From Iphione sp. A-MEVVRFRX5 (lineage: Eukaryota), in NCBI GenBank assembly GCA_976226885.1, contig OZ320315.1:35402001-35466000 (forward strand): DNA of 64,000 nt. Reading direction: 5' to 3'. Both the position numbers and the translations under genes were made by a program. The notes under the pieces are model-generated. The model made no database searches. It was not told the DNA's origin and saw nothing but the letters and a program-made list of their open reading frames with translations. Numbering within the stretch: position 1 is the first letter of the stretch; the number at the start of each line of letters is the position of its first letter. This document shows positions 53,516-64,000 of this stretch, piece after piece.

Positions 53516-55843
53516 GTAAATATTTAATTATTTATCGCACTTCAGAATTATTTATTAGGATTGTATCATCATCCATGTGATAGTTGTTTATGTGATTAGC
53601 ACAGGTCATTTAGTTTTGCAGTGCTTAAGAAACAGCAACCTGCTGGTTAACCACACCGCAGCCATAACAGGGAAGCTAGCGTGGTTGTTGATTGTGTTTT
53701 GTTACTGAATACACGATCTGAACAGCTGAAATCCAGGGTGAATCAGTCCCCATAAGCGAAAAGTGGACGTTGGGTATCCGTCCTAGGGAGTTTTCCTCCT
53801 TCTCTAATATAAATAACCATGATACATGTATCTTCTTTTGTGGTAAGCTAAATGGGACAAAGCGTCCGATATTCTGTCCAGGAGTGACCCAGATTTTCGG
53901 CGCAGTCAGAGTGACCTTGCACTTGGGCAAGCCATGCTCATGGCCACTTGCCAGGATTTTCTGAACCGCCCAATCATCGCCAGTGTATGTAATCCATTTT
54001 CTGTAAGCCATGTAGATTATGCATTACCAGCTTACGGTCTGGTACTAGTAAAGCAGAAGTAAACAAAGGCACGTGTTTTCCAAGTGTCGCTGACACTCAT
54101 TAGGCCGGTTGTGTATTGTGTTGTCATTGGTATGGTTCACTTATTACGGTATATGTATGATGATTGTGTTTACAGATTTAAGAATTTGTATGAATATTAT
54201 GACGGCGCCAGACACTATATGAGTGGTTCCTCTATTTCACTATGATATAACTCATGAGTCAACTCACTGAATCTCAGTCGATTTGTCATTATGGGAGGTA
54301 CGGGGTAGCAATGTCACGTTTCTAACTAGGACATACTTGGTACAGTGCAGTTGTTAGAACCGGCAGACAGAGGTTGAAATTAAGGTGTGTGTGTGTGAAT
54401 TTCCATTTACTTGCATTATCTTCACTGCCATAGCTTGTCCTTGCATCTATGATGCATTGTTGCACTTGCAACTTTTTTTCAAGCAGTCTGACTGCAGCTG
54501 CAGTGTTTACACAATGACAGTCCTCCAGCGTCGTAATTTTCTTTCAACCAGCACTCTCTGTCAAGGATACGAAGGGCACAAAGATTTACCCACCCAAGTG
54601 AATAATAACACAATTAAAGAATCGTTCTCTGTCAAGACGCACCGGAAAATAACGGTGTGTTACATCCAAATATTTGGCCAGTGTTCTTCACATTGAGAAC
54701 ATAGTTTAGGCGGCCTAGCACACATATTCCGTAATAGTAAGCTAGCTATACATGTATTTCTCTCTCTATTGCATAAAGTGAAAGGAAGCATACTTTTTGA
54801 GGTAATTCGGTTGCGTTATCTTAGGTAATTTCGTCGTGATTGCTATCTGCTGCTTTATCTTGATAAACCAATTAGTGTGCATCCCGTATTACGCATCGGT
54901 AAGTTATCTCTTACTTTGTGCCTTAGGGATAAAGTTGATGAGAGTAAATTTTGATGCAGTTAAGTTATAGTGTGTAGCATAGAGTACATTGGAATACATT
55001 AGAATGCATATCTGAGGGTATTAGGGTTGGTTTTCAAAGTTGCATTAGTGTGTTGTGCATGGTGTATAAAGTTGGATGGTTTCCATACATGTTTGATGCA
55101 TTGTTATTGTGCTGTTCATTTTCAGACAGTTCTCATAAATTTCATTTTTTTTTTTTTGCGTAAATATAATTACATGCTAAATTTCATGCTAATGTCCAAG
55201 TAGGGTATGAGACTGGGACCTGGGGTCGGGTTTTCAACGTGAGATCCATGAATGAAATAGGTTTAATCAATGAAGATGAAGATGGGGTTCTGGTCCCTGT
55301 TGGTGCTACCTTGAAACTGAAGCTGTAGGCTTCTACACCACTTATAATTTATTTCAAAATAAAAAAAAACGAAATAGGTTTAGTTTGCATATGATTAACA
55401 TAAAAGCCGCACAGTTGCAAAAATGCTCAGCTTCAGGACATTTATGGAAATAATTCAAGACATTTGGGGGAGGGGAATGTACATTTGGCACAAATGCTGA
55501 AAGATTCATGATATTTCACAGTATGGGCTCTATTCCTACCATAAAACTGTAATAGGAATTAGTGCGGCGCAGGTAGAATGACATCCCTATATGCTCCTGT
55601 GCATCATTGCGACCACACTGACCATGCAACTGGAACTCATAACACCCATACTCATGAATAGGAGTGCATATTTATAAACTAGTATGATAATATAAGGAGG
55701 ATGTTGTAAATATCAACCTGTTGTAATAACTGATTTTGGCTTTATTATACGTGGGGCAACAATCATTTGGATCCCACAGATGTCAATTGTATTGAATTGA
55801 TGGATCAGTGTATCTTACGTGTGTGACTTCTATTTGTTTCCAG

Positions 55844-55859
55844 AAATATGCCCCGGAAA
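55844..55859 (+). CDS. LBR: LBR start micro-exon, 16 nt (AAAT ATG CCC CGG AAA = MPRK)
   Basis: TTTGTTTCCAG acceptor and GTAAGT donor; phase 0 fits the next exon; resembles the vertebrate LBR start MPSRK. Confidence 0.72.
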
Positions 55860-58800
55860 GTAAGTAGCTTTTTACTCTCATAAATTTTTGTAGGTTACCG
55901 ATAGTTCCAAAGGAAAAAAATAACTAATTATGAAAGTATAGATGTGTCCACAAATTTCTTTGCCTTGATGATTTTGTTCTCATTTTTTATGAAATTAAAC
56001 CCTGTATTACACTGTTATGCAGTCTGCGGTCATTGTGAAAGTGGATATGTTTGGAGTTTAACAGACAGGTCCAGGGGACCAGTGAGATGTAAACAAAGTT
56101 CAAAAAGCCCCATACATGTATGAGTAAAGTACATGTAGTAAGAACTATAAGATACACATCTTTAGGGTGTTATCCATGTTGTTTCAGTGGCATATGTGAC
56201 CTGTTAGTGAAAAATACCACAAAGGGTTCATTATAGGATTAAATTTGATAATGGTCCAAAAAGAGGGAAAGGGGACTTCCTTTCATCTTTTCTTGTCTTG
56301 AGTAGCTTCTTCTCTGTTGGTAGGAAACGAAAAGCGGTTCTAAAACCGCGTCGAGGCGGTCGCGCTCGCGATCCCGCTCGCGATCGCGATCCAGGAGTCG
56401 CGGTCGCTCCAAATCTCCCGCTCGGACAAAGTCGAAGGCCAGTACTTCCTCCTCCACGCCGTCCCAGACTCGACAGCGGCGAGCTCCATCTCCGACCCTC
56501 ACCAAAACGCCGACGACGCCGACGAGGGTGTCGGCGAGAATAGCTGAAAAGGAGCTGCAGAAAGCAGAGGTGGGTCCTGTCTTCCTGGTCGAGGAGCATG
56601 GTTTTGTCTGTCAGCATTTCTTGGCCCGCTGGGGGGTGGGGGGGTGTTGCCTTTTTCAGAATCATGTTCTCTCATTCTGCCCCGCACAAGTGTATTTTAC
56701 GTCGAAGTGAACCGAAGAGCAGTATTTAATGCCATTGGTTCCTCCCTTCTTTGCAGTATTCCCGATACCCTCCCCCCTTCATTTTTCTCGATAAAGGTGC
56801 AATGATTCTTCAGCGTTAGATATATAAAAAACACATTAGCCCGTTTTGTTAGTTTTTTCCGATAGCCATTTATAATCATGAAATTCTCCTGGATTTCTTA
56901 GCATTTCGTATCATTTTTTCAGGAGGAGAAAAGAATACAAGAGGAAACGAAGGAGGTGAAGAAAGAAACGGTTGTTCAAGAAAAAACTGAAGTGAGGACA
57001 AAAGTTGTCAAGCCCCACAAAAATGATGTGAAGTTTGCCCATGGTATCCTGGGTCCACTACTGGCCACACTTGGCATACCCTGCTTCCCTGCCACTGCCA
57101 TGGCTTTCTACTGGATCTGCACCAAGGTATGTGCACTTCATATATGTTGGCGTCTGTTCCTGTAAGGGGGTTATTGGTTGGGGGTGCCCATGTCATTTGA
57201 AGTGTTGAGATAATTCCTATTTCGTGTGAATTTGTTAAATTTTTTTTAATATATATTTTCCGTGGTCCTGCAGTTATTCATTATCTTCTTACAGGCATCA
57301 TGCACAGTCAAGTCTGTGCCAGTGCTGCCAACTGGACTAGCTTCATACTTCACCCTACAGTCATTTGGAATTGCTCTTGGGTTCGTGGCAGTACAAGCAG
57401 CTCTGGCTGCCGTGCCCGTTGGTCGTCTTGTTGAGGGCCATCCAAATGCAAGGGGACAAAGACTTTTCTACCGGTGCAATAGTGAGTGTGTTTATTTTTT
57501 TATTTTTTTTCAGGGGTTTTATCCTCCCCGCGGACATTTTTTTTCTGGGCATCAAGTAATAAAAGAAGATATTAAATACATGAGGTTTGTGGAAATGTAT
57601 CTTCCTATAAAGCTGATGGTGCTCATATCCCGGATTTTTCATGTGATCGAGGACATTTATTGATGAACTGATTTAATGATACTGTATACTGCGACCTTCT
57701 GACTACTGGTTGTGCATAATTTCAAAGTTGTGCTAATATAATTGATCCTCTTTGCAGTGTTCTTCTCACTTATCGTCACCCTTGCTGCACTCACTCTGAG
57801 TTCCTACCGGAACGTGTCCTTCTCAGCTGTTCTGAACGATCGCATTCCCCTGATGGTGGCATTCTCAATCATAGCGTTTTTCTTGAGTGTCTTCTGTTAT
57901 GTAAAAGCGAAAAGGGCCCCTACTGGTGCATTGTCTCCTGAGGGTCAGACAGGTGAGTAGTCATATTAAAAGATTTTGAGTGATAAATGTCACATGTTTG
58001 TAGCTAGAATAAAACATTCTATTACCTAATCACCTCAATATTTTAGACTTCTGGCACCATTTTTTCATTTTCAATTTACATATTCGATGTTTGTATTAAA
58101 AACAAAATGCAGTGTCCTTCATTTTCCTCTCAGCATGCTTGTTCTTCCTGTTCTCTTCAGGTTGCATACCATACGATTTTTGGCTTGGTCGAGAGCTGAA
58201 CACACGTGTTGGCTCATTTGATATGAAGATGTTCTTCATGCAAACTACCATGGTGGGCTGGGCTGCCGTTAATGCTATGCAGATTGCGGAGGCCTACAAG
58301 CGCAGTGGTCAAGTAGATGCCGCGCTTGCTACTGTGACTGCGCTCCAGCTCCTCCAGATTGCTGACGTTTGTTGGTTCCAGGTGTGTTTACTTCACACTT
58401 TCTTCTGTATGTGTGTCACTGAGTTGGTGGGTTGCCCACGACTAATGTATAAAATGAATGAATATATGTGTGCATGTACTTGTATAACAAGGCGCAGACA
58501 TTTTGGAATGCTTAGTTACAAATTGTCAGGCTGACTCTGCCCTTTTTTTCATGTATTGTCTTAGGTTTTAACCCCATCTTAGCTTGCCAGGCATAGAGGA
58601 TTGTGCTGATGCAGCTAATAGATAGCTGTGGGTAGCTGGGCTGGGTCTTTGATGACGGGGGGTGGGGTTGGGGGTCTCTGATGGCTGGAAGTCGCCGTAG
58701 AGCGTATGTAGTTGCCATGCTATATGCAAAGAGGATTGTGAGCTCCCTGGGTATTGTTGAAGTCAGCAGAAGGTGGGACAAGACTTCAGGGGAGAGGATT

Positions 58801-61687
58801 GGGGGCGAACTGAACTTAATGACAGCAAAGGTTTTTTTTTAGGGGGGGAGGGCATTGGAAGTTTTGATTGACAGTACTTATTGGTACAGCTTGAGAACGT
58901 TTTCAATGCAACCAGGAGAATTACCTGCAACCACTTATTGTTGGCGAGCAACGGTCAACTGTACATGTGTAAACTACATCTAAACGCATGTAGATATGTC
59001 CCATCAATACTAAAGAGCAGACCTGTATGGTGGAACCTCAGCAATAGCCATCGAAGTGGCTACAATAGCCTGTCCACTGAGTATTTTCAAATGTCAACCC
59101 TGGAAGTTACCCTCGCGTTTCCAGTGTTGTCTGAATGATTTCACATGAGCTGTGGGGATGCCGCTAGTTTTATATGTATTACATAAGAGCTGTGGCCGAC
59201 TTAACTCATTGCAGTGACTGTCTGATAAGCCCATCCAGAAGCTAGTCCTTCATTATTTTAAGGATTTAAACCGCTCACTGGCCCCGATTGCTCTGTTCCA
59301 CTGTACTGCTGGTGTCTATATTACTCTGTACTGAAAATGGCTGGACCACAGAGTGAGGCAACCATATTGCTGATGTATTTGTGTATTAGATTCTAGCTGT
59401 AAGTCATCTGTTCCAAGCAAAGTTGACTGTACTCACCCATCAAACATACTTTTGAGTTGATGACACCGCTAGGTTTCTCTATACTTCATATGGTCACTAT
59501 TACATGGATGAATTTTTGTTTGTAAGTATCTCCTTCTTTGCAGTGAGATGTGTAGATTTGATTTATGTATGAAGTAAAGTACTCCAACAATCCTCTTTCA
59601 GAAAGCCACTCTGTCCTCGTTTGACGTCCAAAATGAAGGATGTGGATTCATGATGTCAGCCGGTGCACTGGTGTGGTTACCATTCACATATAGTTTCCAG
59701 ACATACTTCCTGGCTACCCATCCGCGGACTTGGAGCTATGCCTCACTCGCTGCCTTCTGTGTTCTCGGCCGTGAGTTTTCATCTTGGTTTCTCTCCACGG
59801 TCTCATTGCCAAATGCCGAAAAACCCTATATTAGGTTGAACAGGGGGAAAGCTAAGTTTGGTCTCCGTTACAGTATAATGGCATATGATTTTTAAGAGCC
59901 CAGACATTAATGTATTAATGTAACCTTGTATTGTATTTTTTTGGCTACACCTTGATTCAGGTAGGTCAGATTTCTGTAGGTGAAGGATAATTATGTCCCC
60001 CGGCTCAGGGCATGATCACCAAGACAAGGACTTAGTCTAGCAAAATTTGTATGTTTTCCTACTTTAATTGTATATATTCTTTTTACATACTTCAAATATA
60101 ATGCTATGGTATCTCTAATATATCACTTTTTTTGATTATTTACCACAATATTTTCTCTTTTAACACCTTGGTTTACAAATTTTGTTTCCTCTATATATAC
60201 ATTTATTCGGTACATAATACTGCTACTCAAATGCGCTTACAATAATTTTATGATACCGTCAGGAGTTGGAAATTTAATCCATAGGTATTGGTGTAGTTAA
60301 ATTACCAATTAGAAAAAAAATAACAGGGCTCTTTGATTCTCTCACTCTTTGAGGTATTGTGTGAAAGCTAGTAAAATCCCATTTATTTATTTATTTTTTA
60401 AATAATGGAATGCTGCGGTTAAAATGTGAACAAAGCTTTCAAGACATACAAGCTCCTTCAGTGCATGCATTGGTTGTTTGCAGTGGACTGGATGATTTTT
60501 TTCTCTCCACAGTTGTGAATGGTCATTACACCTCGCTGAACACGTAGCATATTGATGCATACTCTTGCACTCTTGCTAAAAATCTGCCGTGTGCCACTGA
60601 ACTGCTTTTATTGGTTATGATGTGACCATAGATGCCTGACATCAAATGACTGTTGTCAGTTTAAAAGATAATTGAGGTTATAAAAAATGAAGAAACCTTT
60701 TATCGTTATATTAAGATAGTGCCCTATGGTTACGTAGAATGTGTATTTTGTGTTTTTTTTTTCTTCCAGTTGTTGGTTATGTCATTTTCCGTGGCTCGAA
60801 CTCACAGAAAGATCAGTTCAGAAGGAACCCATTTGACCCAGCTTTATCCCGTAAGTCTTTATCATTTTGCATCGGTAAAGAATCCTTGATTCATATAACT
60901 TGGCACCAGGGTGTGCTTTTTCAACTGGTCTTCAGGTTTGATAACAACAAAGTAATATGCCAAAGCTCGGCTTTTCATGATTAAGCTCTTACTTGTAACA
61001 TTTAACCTAACATTCGGTGGAAGTAGGGCCTTACAGGAATTTTGTTTGGGCTCACACAGTAACCTACCACCATTATGCCAGGCTGCTTCTAGTGTTCTGT
61101 AATCTTTTATTTCAAGATTTGAAGACGATCCCTTCACCATCTGGCAAAAAACTGCTGGTATCCGGTTGGTGGGGCCTGGTCCGCCACCCCAACTACTTGG
61201 GCGACATCTTGATGAACTTTGCTTGGACATTTCCCTGTGGTAAGTAGCCGGGCATGTTTCAGCTTCACAATACAAATGTATCTTCCAGAACATCTTTAAT
61301 GAGTCAGCTGCAAGTATTGGTACCTTTATCTGCCGATTTACCCACGCCTGTGGTTACTGCAGTGAACCTTGGTGAATTTCTATGGTTGACATATATAAAG
61401 ATAATTCTGTACTTTAGTAGTAACTAATGTCCATTGCAGTTAATCTTAATATTCAAAGGTTTTAGGTTTAATAATTTACGCTGTGTGTCATAGTTTGTGG
61501 AAGGAAAATACCCTTTTCTGCTGCAGGCTTCCAGCACTTCCTCCCATACGTGATCCCGTTGTTCGTCACACTGTTTCTTGTTCACCGTGCCCAGAAGGAT
61601 GATGTTCTTTGTCGTGGCAAGCATGGTGCTGCCTGGGATCGCTACTGCCAGCATGTGCGCTTCAAGATCGTCCCTTATGTCTTTTAA
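55848..61687 (+). CDS. LBR: Lamin B receptor-like / ERG4-ERG24 sterol reductase family protein, 532 aa; exons 55848-55859, 56324-56569, 56923-57126, 57295-57481, 57758-57952, 58161-58381, 59602-59770, 60770-60850, 61117-61239, 61527-61687
   Basis: Exons total 1599 nt, in frame, all GT-AG. RS-rich N-terminus ([24 protein letters not shown]) precedes family motifs [71 protein letters not shown] domain plus C14-reductase-type body points to LBR rather than DHCR7. The first 12-nt coding exon is the least certain. Confidence 0.92.
56324..56569 (+). CDS. LBR: LBR exon, RS domain ([19 protein letters not shown]...KELQKAE)
   Basis: TAG/GTGGGT, 246 nt; not in the ORF track in this frame. Confidence 0.88.
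56923..57126 (+). CDS. LBR: LBR exon, linker and first TM segment
   Basis: TTTTTCAG/GTATGT, 204 nt, phase 0/0. Confidence 0.9.
57295..57481 (+). CDS. LBR: LBR exon (ASCTVKSVP...RLFYRCN)
   Basis: TTACAG/GTGAGT, 187 nt, phase 0/1. Confidence 0.92.
57758..57952 (+). CDS. LBR: LBR exon (MFFSLIV...SPEGQT)
   Basis: TTGCAG/GTGAGT, 195 nt, phase 1/1. Confidence 0.92.
58161..58381 (+). CDS. LBR: LBR exon ([14 protein letters not shown]...DVCWFQ)
   Basis: CTTCAG/GTGTGT, 221 nt, phase 1/0. Confidence 0.94.
59602..59770 (+). CDS. LBR: LBR exon ([17 protein letters not shown]...CVLG)
   Basis: TTTCAG/GTGAGT, 169 nt, phase 0/1. Confidence 0.94.
60770..60850 (+). CDS. LBR: LBR exon ([27 protein letters not shown])
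   Basis: TTCCAG/GTAAGT, 81 nt, phase 1/1. Confidence 0.95.
61117..61239 (+). CDS. LBR: LBR exon ([30 protein letters not shown]...FPC)
   Basis: TTCAAG/GTAAGT, 123 nt, phase 1/1; sterol reductase signature. Confidence 0.96.
61527..61687 (+). CDS. LBR: LBR last coding exon (GFQHFLPY...KIVPYVF-TAA)
   Basis: CTGCAG acceptor, stop at 61685-61687; hand-translated. Confidence 0.95.
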
Positions 61688-64000
61688 GGAGAAAACTCCA
61701 AGAGACCAAAAATCCCTTCGCGTCCTGATAGCAGGGTTTGAAGTACATGAACCATATGCATGTTACAAGGATATGCCCAACATCTAGTGAGGGACCAAGA
61801 AGCGGAGCATTGGTGCCAGCAGGTGGTCCTAACTTAATCCACATCAACTGGTGTTCTGAAATATCAAATCGTTGTTTATCAGTTGCGAAAATAGGTTCCC
61901 ATATATGTACTGACAAATTTGGGAGGGGCCTTCTCCTCCTTGAAGCATATGGAAAATGGCACGGACAAAATTGTGTCTAGGGGAGTGCAGAAGAAATCCC
62001 AGCAAATGTATGAAAACGGCAGTTTGTTCTGGTCCAAAATCTGTTCTAATTATGCGATCAGTTTCTGGAGCTAAATTGCGTTTTCTGTTGTGTAGATCAT
62101 CAAAATGGCTTCGCCATGATTGTCAGTAGTGTCCTATCTCTGAGCATCGACGAACCTGTTGGCAAACCCTTGTACATTTCCGAGCTGTCTTTTGGCTGGC
62201 TGTTCTGGAATCGGTTATAACTTGTTTACAGATATGGCCTGAACTCTGGTAAAGGTATCAGTTCAGTGGGGGAAAGTCATTTTTTGATGAATAACTTGCG
62301 ACAAGAAGTGTCGTGCGGGAACCCTACAGAATCCATCGTCCTTAAACAGTGCTACATTGGGTGTCAGAAAGTTGTGTATGTACAAAGATAGTGCAGGGTG
62401 TAGAAAAACATTAACAGCATCTTTTACTTAATATATCCGTTGGTTTAGGTACCTCTGAAGTAAAGGTCTGTGTGTACCAGTCCTCATTGGCTGTCACATT
62501 TTTTTTCTAATTCTTCAGTATACATGTATGTGTGCGATCATTCAATTATTAGTTTACAAAATTTTACGTATTTTATACTGCCTGGCTATTCATATAAGAG
62601 GCCATTTTAATTTAATTCTTTGGCCTGTATTTTTACTTTTCGTATCAATTTGCTCCTTTTCAGTGTAGTGTAGTTTTTTTTTTTAATTTTGAAGTAGAGA
62701 TCTTGGTGGAGAGTTACATCTTAAGTAGTTCACTGTAAAAAAAAATTGTACAAATGCGTTCACTTGGACTTGTCATATCTAGGAAAACAGTTGATTTGAA
62801 AGTAACAGTTATGCTGTACACGATGTAGTTCCTCACAGGAACTTGTACAAAAGATGTTTCATTGATGAACTTGGTGGAGATGTATGAGTCAAAAGCTGCT
62901 TTACATATCACCTTCTTGAACTTTTAACTTGGGATCAGTCCAAGGTCCAAAGGAGTGATAAGGGCGCCAGCGTCGGCCTACTTAAAGCCATATTCTGTGG
63001 CCTACTTAAAGCCAAGTTCAGCCCCTCTCCATAATACCGATCAAGCATAATTTTTTTAATAAATGTAATTATTTGTGAGGTTAGCGCCATTATGTATATA
63101 GACTTATGGTGATGTATATTCTTCAAGGAATCAGTCATGGCGTATACTCTCGGTTACAAGTATAAACGAGTGCCAAAGGAAATGACCGCTTGTCACTTGC
63201 CGTTGAACACTGGCCCCCCGACTGAATCAGTCATCTGTCGGTGAAGTACCACTACTAGTGCGCTGCCGCATGAAATGCAAACTGGTCTCCGTTAGGCGTC
63301 AGCTCATACAGTTCATAAGCACAGGTGTTAGTTATTTATCGCCACGCAGTCACACTTGTACAGCTTGAATGTCACAGTGTTTAGTTGGTAGCCGTGTGTA
63401 AACCCGTGTCATGGTAGCTAGAGCCCCTTGTTAGTGCGCCGCCACCATCGGCCAATTCCTGCCCACGTTGGATCACTGGACATCCGAGACGGGTAGTCTC
63501 TTGGTTGTTTATCACTTGAAGCTGAAGCACGCAACAGAGTCACTTACAAAAGCCAGGGTAAAGGAATCATGAGGGCTTGGTTACTGAAAGGTCCAGAAAC
63601 ATTTCTTTTAAAAAAAAATGGAGCGCGTCACATAAAGAGTATGGATTGTAGAATTCCATCACTAATACATGACCATATCAGAAATCCTTTACGTTAGGTT
63701 ATGAAACTTATCCAGTTAATAACTGTAGAAACTGCCTCGAGATATTCATTTCATGTGGTTGATGAATTATTCAGACATTTATTATTGATGCATCTAGTGA
63801 CCTTTCACTGACCTTTCCTTCTGGTTTGTGTGGCAGCTAGTAAACTCAGTTGGTCTAACTGGTGGCTCCTATCCGTTAGGCTCTGTTCATTTTGTAGATT
63901 TTTCACAGAGATTTATTTCACTTTTTTTTATGATTTACATCGTGCTTTGATGGACAGTTTGAATGTTTTAGTGAAGTAGAATGTTTAGTTTATAGACGCT

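Noticed and set aside
56231-56710. Overlapping R/D-rich ORFs on both strands
   Set aside because: These are shadow frames of the LBR RS-domain exon.

Overview
Eukaryotic genomic DNA from a bilaterian invertebrate, probably a protostome (inferred from the proteins). It has three N-gaps. Two spliced + strand genes could be built by hand with GT-AG introns and consistent phases. (1) The 3' seven exons of a TRIM9/TRIM67 (MADD-2) ortholog, 16185-43958, encoding coiled-coil, COS, FN3 and SPRY. I found no RING/B-box exons, so they are probably upstream of the window. (2) A complete 10-coding-exon, 532-aa lamin B receptor / C14-sterol-reductase family gene, 55848-61687. It has an RS domain but no Tudor domain, and several conserved sterol-pocket residues are replaced. 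The last TRIM9 intron holds a 43-unit, 126-bp satellite with higher-order structure, next to a double foldback that encloses one more monomer. Also present: Tc1/mariner-type MITEs, a PIF/Harbinger MITE with a nested tRNA-derived SINE, microsatellites, CTCF-like motifs and strong enrichment of TACATGTA. All alignments and counts were done by eye and reference proteins were recalled from memory. No database search was run.
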